Shown in pieces: positions 27,271 to 36,819 of a DNA stretch of 48,379 bases. The stretch comes from Thermodesulfobacteriota bacterium (GTDB lineage Bacteria > Desulfobacterota_D > UBA1144 > Nemesobacterales > N074bin48). The translations under genes and the position numbers were made by a program. The stretch is taken from the NCBI GenBank assembly GCA_041572575.1, contig JBFFSH010000011.1, positions 1 through 48,379 of the forward strand, written 5' to 3'. Position 1 is the stretch's first letter; every line of letters begins with the position of its first letter. The notes below the pieces were generated by a model, which worked only from the letters and a program-made list of their open reading frames with translations, had not been told where the DNA came from and made no database searches.

Positions 27271-27443
27271 TTCTCAAACTTCCTTTCCACTTCTGACTGA
27301 GATATAGTTCCTTCTTGATCTGCTCTCAATATTCCATTTTGAATTTTTTCAACCACATATAAATGGTATTGAACATCTTCAAATGTACAATCCTCAGGCA
27401 AATTTTCCAAAAGAGCTTTGATTTCATCTTTAGCAGTGCTCAT
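27255..27443 (-). CDS. Putative cognate antitoxin
   Basis: Small acidic ORF overlapping the toxin start by 16 bp; LPEDCT.ED..Y.LYV.EKI..G pattern. Confidence 0.8.
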   Translation of the reverse strand: MSTAKDEIKALLENLPEDCTFEDVQYHLYVVEKIQNGILRADQEGTISQSEVERKFEKWTSK

Positions 27444-27627
27444 TAGTATTATCTCTATAAATTATTCAGTTAAATTTAAATAATAAGTAATGGTAATTAT
27501 AGCTTAATACGATAAAAAATAATATATATTAATAAAATGTGAATATTTATATACTCATATAATTTGTCGCTTATTTATTTTAATCCGGTAAACTGGTGCG
27601 CTAATTTACATTGTAACAAGATTAATC

Positions 27628-29271
27628 ATGAAACTGCAAGAACAGATAAGTAAAAGAAGAACATTTGGAATCATCAGTCACCCTGATGCCGGGAAGACTA
27701 CGCTTACTGAGAAATTACTGCTCTTTGGCGGAGCTATTCAGACAGCAGGGGCGGTGAAGAGCAACAAGATAAAGAAGTCTGCTACATCGGACTTTATGGA
27801 AATTGAAAAACAGCGCGGAATTTCTGTGGCAACTTCTGTGATGGGTTTTGAATATGATGGCTATAAGATAAATATTCTGGACACTCCCGGTCATAAAGAC
27901 TTTGCCGAAGACACGTACCGTACCCTTACAGCTGTGGACAGTGTGATTCTTGTGATAGACAGCGTAAAGGGAGTGGAAGAGCAGACCAGAAAGCTTATGG
28001 AAGTGTGCAGGATGCGTCATACACCCGTAATTATTTTTATAAACAAACTGGACAGGGAAGGGCAAGACCCTTTTGAGCTGCTAGACGAAATTGAAAAAGA
28101 GCTCGATATTCATGTAAGGCCACTTTCCTGGCCGATAGGTATGGGTAAAAATTTCAAAGGTGTTTTTAATATTCATGAAAATAAACTCCAGCTGTTTGAA
28201 TCAGAAAAAACTAAACAAAGTGACAGCCATGTTGAAATTACAGATATAGATAGTACTAAGCTTGATGAGCAGATAGGAGATTCCAATGCTGCTAAGCTTA
28301 GAGAAGATATAGAGCTTATAAGCGGTGTTTATGAAGATTATGATGAAGGATTATACAGAGACGGTTATTTAGCTCCGGTGTTTTTCGGAAGTGCCATTAA
28401 TAACTTTGGGGTAAAGGAACTACTGGATACATTTGTAAGAATTGCTAATGAACCTCAGACGCGTATGGCAGATAAAAGACTTGTAGAACCTTCAGAAAAC
28501 AAATTTACAGGTTTTATATTCAAGATACACGCTAACCTAGATCCCAACCATAGGGACAGGGTTGCTTTTTGCCGCATAGTTTCAGGAACTTTAGAGAGGA
28601 ATGTGTATTACCATCACACAAGAATAAATAAAAAGCTTCGCTTTTCTAATCCCACCAGTTTTATGGCAAATGACAAGAATATAGTTGAACAGGCATTCCC
28701 CGGGGATGTGGTTGGACTTTATGACACAGGCAATTTTAAAATAGGGGATACGCTCACCGAGGGAGAAGTACTGCAATATAAGGGAATCCCAAGTTTTTCC
28801 CCTGAGATTTTCAGACAGCTTATAAACCGAGATCCTTTTAAGTCCAAACAGCTTGATAAAGGAATAAGACAGCTTACAGATGAAGGAGTGGCTCAGCTTT
28901 TTGTGCGTGAAGAGGGTAATGTAAAAATCATAGGCACAGTGGGAGAACTCCAGTTTGAAGTAATAAAATTCAGGCTGCTACACGAATATGGCGCAGCTTG
29001 CGAATTTCAACATCTAAATTTTTATAAAGCCTGCTGGATCACATCGGAAGACAAAAAGGCGCTTGAAGAGTTTGCACGCAGGTACTCAAGGCTTGTGACC
29101 AAAGATAAAGACGACAGACTGGTTTATATGGCAGAAAACGCCTGGATGTTAGAAGATAAACAAAAAACATTTCCAGAAATTGAGTTTCATTTCACCTCGG
29201 AATTTAAAACCGAGAGCAGTAAACCAAAAACTACGGATACGGACTTAACCATCAACCGAGATGTAGCTTAG
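27628..29271 (+). CDS. prfC: Peptide chain release factor 3
   Basis: [49 protein letters not shown]. Confidence 0.97.
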   Translation: MKLQEQISKRRTFGIISHPDAGKTTLTEKLLLFGGAIQTAGAVKSNKIKKSATSDFMEIEKQRGISVATSVMGFEYDGYKINILDTPGHKDFAEDTYRTLTAVDSVILVIDSVKGVEEQTRKLMEVCRMRHTPVIIFINKLDREGQDPFELLDEIEKELDIHVRPLSWPIGMGKNFKGVFNIHENKLQLFESEKTKQSDSHVEITDIDSTKLDEQIGDSNAAKLREDIELISGVYEDYDEGLYRDGYLAPVFFGSAINNFGVKELLDTFVRIANEPQTRMADKRLVEPSENKFTGFIFKIHANLDPNHRDRVAFCRIVSGTLERNVYYHHTRINKKLRFSNPTSFMANDKNIVEQAFPGDVVGLYDTGNFKIGDTLTEGEVLQYKGIPSFSPEIFRQLINRDPFKSKQLDKGIRQLTDEGVAQLFVREEGNVKIIGTVGELQFEVIKFRLLHEYGAACEFQHLNFYKACWITSEDKKALEEFARRYSRLVTKDKDDRLVYMAENAWMLEDKQKTFPEIEFHFTSEFKTESSKPKTTDTDLTINRDVA

Positions 29272-29301
29272 AATATCATTAAATATTTTGGCATTAAAAT
29301 A

Positions 29302-31392
29302 TTACAGCTCTTTTAATTTGCCAATAGACTCATCATTTCCAAAAACTATGAGTATATCACCTGTTTCGATAGTATAATCATGTCTTGGAACAATGAATTC
29401 AGTCTTCTTTTCTTCTTCAATGAAGTGATGGTGATGTGGGCGTATCATTAAAACCTCTACCCCATACACATTTCTTAACCTTAACTGTGCAAGTGTTTTT
29501 CCTACAAATTGTTTTGGTGCAAGTTGTTCGGAGATTGAATAGCCTTCTGATACTTTTACTGATGTAAATTTCTCTATTGCTTTCAGGTCATGAACAAGCC
29601 CGTCGGCAAGGTGGTGCTTAAGTGTTTCCCTGTTATAAGCAGCCAGAATATCATGATAATTAACAGATCCCAGGACTTTAGAAGAGTCCTCAGATGAAAC
29701 AACCGGGAATTCGTCCACATTTTCCTGACCGAAGAGTTTTAATACAAAATCCAGATCATCGTTTTCTCTTACTACGATTATCCCCGGCTTTGCTATATCT
29801 CCGGCAACTATCATCTCTCTTAGGTTTTCATACTCTGTGAGAACCGGACGCAGTTCACTTTCATATATTGTACCAAGGAGTTTTCCTTCAGGGTTTATTG
29901 TATAGAAGGTGCTGTGTGGGGTCTCTCCCAGTTTGCTTATAAGTGTGGGCAGTGTCAGGTTCTCTGGGATCAGGACTATATCATCTCTCATCACATCAGA
30001 AACTCTTAATGATTTAAGAATATCGGTGTCATGCCCCTGTGTGATGTGGTAGCCTTCTTCTTCCAAGTGCTTACTGTAAATAGAGCCTTTAAAGTAAAGC
30101 TGAGCAATCGTTGTGCTTGAAACCACTGAAAGCATTAGTGGCAGAATAAATGAATAGTCCTGAGTCATTTCAAAAATAATTAGTATTGCAGAAATTGGTA
30201 TTGAATTTACAGCTCCCAAAAATGCACCCATAGATACAAGGGTAAAAGCCGTTGTATCCAGATTAAATCCAAACGCCTGATTTAAGAATATAGAGAATAC
30301 AAAACCAAATGATGCACCCATAAAAAGAGAAGGAGCAAAAACACCTCCAAAACCACCCGCATATAATACGATAGGAACCAGAACAAACTTGAGCACAAAA
30401 AGCACAAGTGCAATTTCCCATGTGATGGTGTCTGATAGGAAACCATTAATTGCCTTATATCCCACGCCTAAAATTTCCGGAAAGAATAATCCGCAAATAC
30501 CAACCAAAAGGCCAACTCCACCCATGATTTTCCATTTTGGAATTTCCTGAATATTTTTTTGTTTAAATACTTCTTTTATATATTCAGCATATTTGATGAA
30601 TAATACGGATAACCCGCCTGCTAGAATTCCGCAAACCGCATATAAATAGAATTCGCTGTAAGGCCCTGTGTTGATATTGTCAAAAAAGAATATCGGCTTG
30701 TCACCAAGCATCATCTGTGAAATGGCACTTGCAGTTACTGATGCAAGTATTAGAGCAGAGAATATAGGAGCCTGAAAATCATTTAACAAAACTACTTCAA
30801 GCGCAAAAAATACTCCGCCCATGGGAGTTCTAAATACCGCAGCAATTGCAGCCCCTGCTCCGGCTGCGGTAAACATCCTTCTTCTTGTATCGGAGAGCCC
30901 GAAAATCCTTCCAAGTTTACTTGCAATTCCTCCGCCTATTTGTGCAGCAGGGCCCTCGGGACCAAGGGTACAGCCAGAGCCAATACATATAGAAGGAGCT
31001 ATAAAGTTAAACAGAGTAGTTCTAAAAGGGATATGCCCGCCCCTTGTGGCAACTGCTTTAATCACTTCCATTACCCCCTTTCTTTTTGAAACCTTGGGAG
31101 CAAGTCTTATAAGCAAATAGACACAGAGCATGCCTATAGCAGGGAAAAGAATTACGGTGAAAGAAGATAATGCAGGCACGCTTGATCTAATAAAATCGAA
31201 TAAAAAGTAGTCAATTAAATCGATAAATTTATGAAAGAAAACAGCCACACTGCCAGATGCTGCTCCGGTTACAATAGATAGGATTACAAAGATTGTATAA
31301 TCGGGAACTCCAAGAGACTTAAGTTTTTGCTGAACTTGATTACTTTTATTCTTTAATGCTCTTAAAAAAAGTCTTCCTTTTGAGTGGCCCAT
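29302..31392 (-). CDS. ClC-family chloride channel/H+ antiporter with CBS pair and C-terminal TrkA-C (RCK_C) domain
   Basis: GPEGP, GAAIAAVF.TP.GG..FALE, GGVFAPSL, FEMT.DY; CBS repeats; VGKTL..L.LR..YGV.V..I. Confidence 0.9.
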   Translation of the reverse strand: MGHSKGRLFLRALKNKSNQVQQKLKSLGVPDYTIFVILSIVTGAASGSVAVFFHKFIDLIDYFLFDFIRSSVPALSSFTVILFPAIGMLCVYLLIRLAPKVSKRKGVMEVIKAVATRGGHIPFRTTLFNFIAPSICIGSGCTLGPEGPAAQIGGGIASKLGRIFGLSDTRRRMFTAAGAGAAIAAVFRTPMGGVFFALEVVLLNDFQAPIFSALILASVTASAISQMMLGDKPIFFFDNINTGPYSEFYLYAVCGILAGGLSVLFIKYAEYIKEVFKQKNIQEIPKWKIMGGVGLLVGICGLFFPEILGVGYKAINGFLSDTITWEIALVLFVLKFVLVPIVLYAGGFGGVFAPSLFMGASFGFVFSIFLNQAFGFNLDTTAFTLVSMGAFLGAVNSIPISAILIIFEMTQDYSFILPLMLSVVSSTTIAQLYFKGSIYSKHLEEEGYHITQGHDTDILKSLRVSDVMRDDIVLIPENLTLPTLISKLGETPHSTFYTINPEGKLLGTIYESELRPVLTEYENLREMIVAGDIAKPGIIVVRENDDLDFVLKLFGQENVDEFPVVSSEDSSKVLGSVNYHDILAAYNRETLKHHLADGLVHDLKAIEKFTSVKVSEGYSISEQLAPKQFVGKTLAQLRLRNVYGVEVLMIRPHHHHFIEEEKKTEFIVPRHDYTIETGDILIVFGNDESIGKLKEL

Positions 31393-31447
31393 TTTATAAT
31401 TAAATAACTGATAAATCGATTAATAAAAGCAAAGATCTGAAATGTTA

Positions 31448-32536
31448 TTATATGCCAAGTTTTTTCAGTCCGGGAATTACCTCTTCTTTTAGAAGTCTCA
31501 TGGAATTTTGCCATTTGTCCTCTGGTTTCCATTCATGACCCATAACTAGAAGTGTTCCAAATCCTCCTACTTCATCATGCAGTCTGGCTATCTGTTTTAC
31601 AGCATCTTCGGGGCTTCCTACAATCCATAGGTTGTCTATCATATAATCGATTGTCACATCACTATCTGGCATTGATTTATCTGTCTTAAATATATTTAAA
31701 TTGCCGCGGATTTTAGGGACCATTTTGAAGAAATAGTCTGTAAAGTCTCTTGCCAGAGTCCCGTTTTTTACTTCTTCCCTAGCCTGCTCAGTGGTCTCTG
31801 CAATATAAACATCCCTTGCTATACGCCACATGGAACGGTCTGCAGTTTTACCCACATTTTCTGCCCCTTGCTGTACAGAATCCCAGTGTGTTTTAAGTGT
31901 TGCCACTGGGGCAAAGTTTATACTCATTGGAATCCAGCCTTTTTCTCCCGCAATCTGCAGTGTTCCGGATTTCTCTGTTATTCCTGCAACTCCTATCGGG
32001 GGGTGTGGTTTTTGAAAAGGCTTAGTATGTACACCAAGTGCTACGTCTTGTTGCGGCTCGGGTACGCGGAATTTCCACCTGCTGTTTTGATAGTCGCCCG
32101 GTTTGGGGTCATTCCACAGATTAAGTATGAAATCCAGTGATTCATTGGTAAGAGTTCTTTGCTCACCGCTTTTGACATCTATTCCAAATGCATCGAAATC
32201 TCCAATGAAACTTCCTGCACCAATACCCCAATAAAAACGTCCCTTGGCAATATGATCCAAAACAGCAATCCTGTGGGCAAGTACAAACGGGTCGTGCTCC
32301 GGAAGGCAGCTTACTCCTGTGCCCAGTATAATATTTTTAGTAAGGGATAGGGCTTTTGCTATAAGCAGGTCGGGGGCTGCAATGTTTTCCCATCCGGCTG
32401 TAAAGTGTTCTCCTATCCAGGCTTCAGAAAAACCGAGCTTGTCTAAGAATATTAGTTGCTTAAGATCATCATTCAGAGTTTCATGAAGCTCTCTTCCCGG
32501 GGGGTGGAGAGGCATAGTGAAAAATCCAAGTTTCAT
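31448..32536 (-). CDS. LLM-class flavin-dependent monooxygenase (limonene 1,2-monooxygenase-like)
   Basis: G.F.MPLHPP, DKLGFSEAWIGEHF, LGTGV..LP.H.P..LA.R..LDH...GR, PFQKPHPPI. Confidence 0.85.
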   Translation of the reverse strand: MKLGFFTMPLHPPGRELHETLNDDLKQLIFLDKLGFSEAWIGEHFTAGWENIAAPDLLIAKALSLTKNIILGTGVSCLPEHDPFVLAHRIAVLDHIAKGRFYWGIGAGSFIGDFDAFGIDVKSGEQRTLTNESLDFILNLWNDPKPGDYQNSRWKFRVPEPQQDVALGVHTKPFQKPHPPIGVAGITEKSGTLQIAGEKGWIPMSINFAPVATLKTHWDSVQQGAENVGKTADRSMWRIARDVYIAETTEQAREEVKNGTLARDFTDYFFKMVPKIRGNLNIFKTDKSMPDSDVTIDYMIDNLWIVGSPEDAVKQIARLHDEVGGFGTLLVMGHEWKPEDKWQNSMRLLKEEVIPGLKKLGI

Positions 32537-32742
32537 TGTTAATTATTCAGATTGCAGTAAATCTATTAATTTGTAATTTAATTAATTCTATCACACTATT
32601 TATATATTAATATTTGTTTTGAATATCTTTATTAATTTTTATTTGAAAAGTATATATTTTAATTGATAATAACCTTAGTAATTTTGAAATTCTTTTGTGG
32701 TTTTGACTCATCAGTCCTTATAACGAACAAGATACAAAGAAC

Positions 32743-33750
32743 ATGTCTACACTGACTATTGACAACAAGCTTTGGATTAAAAACCCGCTTACAGACTCTA
32801 TTTATTTTAGTTTTGGCTGGATTTTGGTTTTTCTTGCCCTTCTTATTTTCCAAAATCATTTAGGGTTAATAATTGTAATAACTCTGCTATTTAATTATGT
32901 ACACAGACACCTCACTATGGCACTTGTATATGGTCAAAAAGAGGAGTTTGATAAGAGAAGACAGGTATATATCTATCTTCCGGTAATTGCAGTTGTAGCT
33001 ACTGCACTATCTGTATATTTTAAAGTATTTCCTTACTTACTCACCCTTTCTGTTCTTTGGACAATGTATCATTCTGTTGCGCAAAAGTACGGATTTACAA
33101 GGATTTATTCCAGGAAAGCAGGTTACGGAAAAGGATGGGTAGACAAGGGTATATTATACTCTTGGTTTTTTTATCTTTTTTTTGCAATGCTTCTTTATGA
33201 GCAGAGTACAATATTAAAATACAACGCTGGAAGAGTTATCCTTGGTCATGCCGCACCCTATATGGGGTATATAGCATCTCTTTCTTATATACTGATTGCT
33301 GTAAGTATCATATTTACTCTCATTTATATTTATCAAGAATTTATAAACAGAAAACAAATTAGCATACCAAAAAATATTTTTGTTATCTCCACGCTCAGTA
33401 TTTATGCAATATTCTTCCATTCAATGATTATAGGTTACGTAGTGTTTGGCTTTTCTCATGCCATAGAATACATAGCATTTGTAAATATATTTGTTGCATC
33501 TAAGTATAAAAAAGTAGACGACAGTAAAAAGCTTTTTAAGAAAATTTCAAACAAGCAGTGGCTATACAGCGGAGCTTTTTCAGCAGTAATAGTAGTGCTC
33601 AGTCTTATTGGTATGAAGCTCGATCAAAACGCCTTTTTAATCTATATTGTGGGCAGTTCTTTCCTTCATTTCATATACGACGGTCTGATATGGAAAGTAA
33701 GGCAGCCCGAAGTAGGAAGGCCGCTTGATATTAAATATTCATCTGCATAA
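32743..33750 (+). CDS. Hypothetical polytopic membrane protein with His motifs
   Basis: About 9 TM segments; YVHRH, YHSVAQKYG, SHAIEY, LHFIYDGLIWK. Confidence 0.7.
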   Translation: MSTLTIDNKLWIKNPLTDSIYFSFGWILVFLALLIFQNHLGLIIVITLLFNYVHRHLTMALVYGQKEEFDKRRQVYIYLPVIAVVATALSVYFKVFPYLLTLSVLWTMYHSVAQKYGFTRIYSRKAGYGKGWVDKGILYSWFFYLFFAMLLYEQSTILKYNAGRVILGHAAPYMGYIASLSYILIAVSIIFTLIYIYQEFINRKQISIPKNIFVISTLSIYAIFFHSMIIGYVVFGFSHAIEYIAFVNIFVASKYKKVDDSKKLFKKISNKQWLYSGAFSAVIVVLSLIGMKLDQNAFLIYIVGSSFLHFIYDGLIWKVRQPEVGRPLDIKYSSA

Positions 33751-33775
33751 AAATATTGTTAATGGAGAAATACCA

Positions 33776-34129
33776 ATGAGTTCTGAAACACAAAAAATTA
33801 TAGATCATCATTTGGAAGCTTTTGAGCAGGGAGATGTAGATGGCCTGATGCTGGACTATACAGAGAGCTCTACACTCATAACTCCTGAAAGAATACTGAC
33901 TAATTTAAATGAGATTACCGCTTTGTTTAACAAATTTCTAGCAGATGTAGTACCGCCCGGATGTGATTTTGAGCTTTATAAAAAAATTATAAATGATGAT
34001 ATTGCCTATTTAATCTGGAGTGCGGAGTCTGAGAATTACAAAATCCCTTTTGGTACGGATACTTTTGTTATAAAAGACGGCAAGATCGCGACACAAACAG
34101 TGGCTTTGGTGCTTGAATCAAAAAACTAA
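33776..34129 (+). CDS. SnoaL-like / NTF2-fold protein
   Basis: GGAG precedes MSSET; HHLEAF..GD.D....DY, GTDTFVIKDGKI..QT. Confidence 0.85.
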   Translation: MSSETQKIIDHHLEAFEQGDVDGLMLDYTESSTLITPERILTNLNEITALFNKFLADVVPPGCDFELYKKIINDDIAYLIWSAESENYKIPFGTDTFVIKDGKIATQTVALVLESKN

Positions 34130-34134
34130 AACTC

Positions 34135-35844
34135 TTATCGCTTAATTTTATAACCCGCTTTTTCCCTGTCCCATGTATCTTTGGTAATCCCTTTTTCTCT
34201 AAGTTTGTTTTTCTGTACCCTCTGTGTACCGGTTTTGGGTAGTGATTTGTCTATTCTCACAAACCTCGGAATCATAAAATATGGCATTCTCGGTTCTAAA
34301 AATTTCATAAGCTTAATAAAATCTATCTTTTTACCTTTTTCCGGTACAATCACGATCATTACTTCATCTTCTGCATATTTACCTTTTTCTTCTTTAACAG
34401 CAACTGCAGCAGACTCTTTAATATCGGGATAAGAGCTCACTATTTTTTCAAGCTCGAATGAGCTTATATTTTCACCCCTTCTTCTTATATAATCCTTAAC
34501 CCTGTCTACAAAATAGATGTAGTCGTCCTTGTCCATCCTGCCGGCATCGCCAGTATGAAACCAGAAGTTTCTGAAGTCAGAAACTGTTTTTTCATACATC
34601 TTGTTATAGTAATGAAGCATCACATTGGGAGTTCTTGGGCGTACTATGATCTCTCCTACCTGACCCCTTGGCAGCTCTTCATCTGTATCGGGGTCTGCAA
34701 TCTTGATCTCATACCCCGGGGCTTCCTTGCCGCACGAGCCAACCCTAAATGGCTCCCCGGGTCTCATCCATGTACACTGACCAATTTCGGTAAGACCGTA
34801 ACCTTCCATAAACTTTATGTTAAATCTTTTCATAAACTCTTTAATAATATCGTGAGGTGCAGGTGAACCGAGAACAAGCTCAGCCTTGTGCTGCTTTTCT
34901 TCAGGAACTACTGGTGAGTTCCACATAAAATATGACATTGTTCCCACAATATTGAATTTTGTAACCTCGTGATCTTTTATCCAGTTCCAAAATTTGCTGG
35001 CACTGTATTTTTCTTCTACTACCGATTTACAGCCTTTTATAAGTGCCGGGTAAACGCTCATTACCATGGCGTTTGAATGGAAGAGAGGAAGGCACGTAAA
35101 ACAAACATCATCCGGGCCAACGTCCATTATCTGAGCGTAGTTATAAGCGCTGCTGTAGTCTGCGGCGCATGGTCTTACAACACCCTTTGATCTTCCGGTG
35201 GTTCCTGATGTGTACATGAGCCTTGCATGATCCATGAATGTGATTTCTACTTTTGGCTCGGCAGTTTTGGCTGACTTCATAAACTTTGCGTAGGAAGTCA
35301 TTTTTCTAAAATTAAAACCATGTTTATCAAATTTCTCACCCCCGTCTCTTGTCCAGACTATTACATGTTTTAACTGAGGTATTTTCTTTGCAATCGGTTT
35401 CATTCTATCAAGGTATTCTTCGGCAATAAAGAGCACGGTTGAATCAGAGCTGTCTATTATATACTGAAGAAAATCCATCTTGTAGGCCGTGTTTATAGGC
35501 ACCATTACCGCACCCATCTTTAATATTCCAAACCATGTCATTACATAATCATCTGAGTTTGGCATGTAGACTGCGACCTTATCGCCTTTTTCTATACCAA
35601 GTTTAGACAGTCCGTTTGCCACTTTGTTTGCCAGCTGGTTTGTCTGAAAAAAACTGATTGGTTTTTTATAGCCAAATTGAAGGAAAGGTTTTTTGCCAAG
35701 TTCCTTGGCCTGCTTTTTCAGTACTTTGGGAAGTACCCAGTTATTTTTATCCTCGTTCTTGTACCACTCAACATCAAATGGTTCAGTCTTTCTTTTGTAA
35801 GTGATCGGGTGTATTAGGTCATATGTTTTTTTTGCATTAGGCAT
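34135..35844 (-). CDS. AMP-forming acyl-CoA ligase (CaiC-like)
   Basis: YTSGTTGRSKG, LPLFHSNA, EGYGLTE, WFHTGD, DR.KD.IRRRGENISS.E.E, LPKT.T..VQK. Confidence 0.9.
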   Translation of the reverse strand: MPNAKKTYDLIHPITYKRKTEPFDVEWYKNEDKNNWVLPKVLKKQAKELGKKPFLQFGYKKPISFFQTNQLANKVANGLSKLGIEKGDKVAVYMPNSDDYVMTWFGILKMGAVMVPINTAYKMDFLQYIIDSSDSTVLFIAEEYLDRMKPIAKKIPQLKHVIVWTRDGGEKFDKHGFNFRKMTSYAKFMKSAKTAEPKVEITFMDHARLMYTSGTTGRSKGVVRPCAADYSSAYNYAQIMDVGPDDVCFTCLPLFHSNAMVMSVYPALIKGCKSVVEEKYSASKFWNWIKDHEVTKFNIVGTMSYFMWNSPVVPEEKQHKAELVLGSPAPHDIIKEFMKRFNIKFMEGYGLTEIGQCTWMRPGEPFRVGSCGKEAPGYEIKIADPDTDEELPRGQVGEIIVRPRTPNVMLHYYNKMYEKTVSDFRNFWFHTGDAGRMDKDDYIYFVDRVKDYIRRRGENISSFELEKIVSSYPDIKESAAVAVKEEKGKYAEDEVMIVIVPEKGKKIDFIKLMKFLEPRMPYFMIPRFVRIDKSLPKTGTQRVQKNKLREKGITKDTWDREKAGYKIKR

Positions 35845-35922
35845 ATTAAGTTCCTCAGTATGTTTGTAGTTAATTTTAAGATATTAAATATTTAATGATA
35901 TTTTTCAATTAGTTTTTAAATA

Positions 35923-36663
35923 TTAATCCTCTGGTGGTGCCTTCTTTCCAAAAATCCAGGCTACTAATATTCCAAGTTCGTAAAAAACTATAAGCGGAAT
36001 AAACATAAACATCATGGACAGCGCGTCTGTAGTAGGAGTTAGTATGGCAGCTACCACACAGCTTATAAGAAGCGCATAGCGGCGGTTTTTGCTGAGCATT
36101 TTTGAGGTTACGATTCCTATCTTGGCCAAAATAAAACTTACAAGAGGAAACTCGAATATAAAGCCAAACCCCAGTATCAAAGCCATAAAAAAAGCAAGTG
36201 CCTCCCTTATGGATGGGAATGCCTTTACATACTCCGATGAATATTCGTTGAGTAAGAAATTAAATGCCGGTGGTGAAGCTACATAGTAACAAAAGGCTCC
36301 ACCGGATATAAAAAAGAATGTTCCAAAAAATAGAAATGGCAGAAGAATCTTCTTTTCATTTTTATAAAGCGCTGGGGCTACAAACTGCCATGCCTGGTAT
36401 AAAAGAGCCGGTACTGAAATAAAAACTGCAGCAAAAAAAGCAACCTTCAAATAGGTTGTAAACCCTTCAGCAGGTCTTGTGAATATCATTGTGCTTCCCT
36501 CAGGAAGGCTTGCAATTAGCGGCTGCATCAAAAAATCAAATATAAGGTCAGAAAAATAGTAGCTTGGAATAAAACATATCAGGATTGCTATAACTGCATA
36601 GATCAGTCTCTTGCGCAGCTCTTCGATGTGCTTTAAAAACGGCATTTTTGCTTCTTCGCTCAT
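35923..36663 (-). CDS. tatC: Twin-arginine translocase subunit TatC
   Basis: MPF..HIEELRKRL, YQ.W.F.APALY..E, FG..FEFP, AA.LTP.D. Confidence 0.95.
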   Translation of the reverse strand: MSEEAKMPFLKHIEELRKRLIYAVIAILICFIPSYYFSDLIFDFLMQPLIASLPEGSTMIFTRPAEGFTTYLKVAFFAAVFISVPALLYQAWQFVAPALYKNEKKILLPFLFFGTFFFISGGAFCYYVASPPAFNFLLNEYSSEYVKAFPSIREALAFFMALILGFGFIFEFPLVSFILAKIGIVTSKMLSKNRRYALLISCVVAAILTPTTDALSMMFMFIPLIVFYELGILVAWIFGKKAPPED

Positions 36664-36745
36664 ATTGGGAATAGAATCATAACAAATAAGAATTAATTAA
36701 CAATTTGATGAGCTAATTTTGATAAGATTTCTTGCCCTGACATCA

Positions 36746-36773
36746 TTGACATTAACACGTAGTTACTTATATT
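36746..36773 (+). promoter_or_regulatory. Putative sigma70 promoter of serA-hisZ-purA
   Basis: TTGACA (36746-36751)-N16-TATATT (36768-36773). Confidence 0.5.
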
Positions 36774-36819
36774 GTTATGCCGTTAAATTCATCCCTATTA
36801 AATTCATGGAGTAAAAAAA

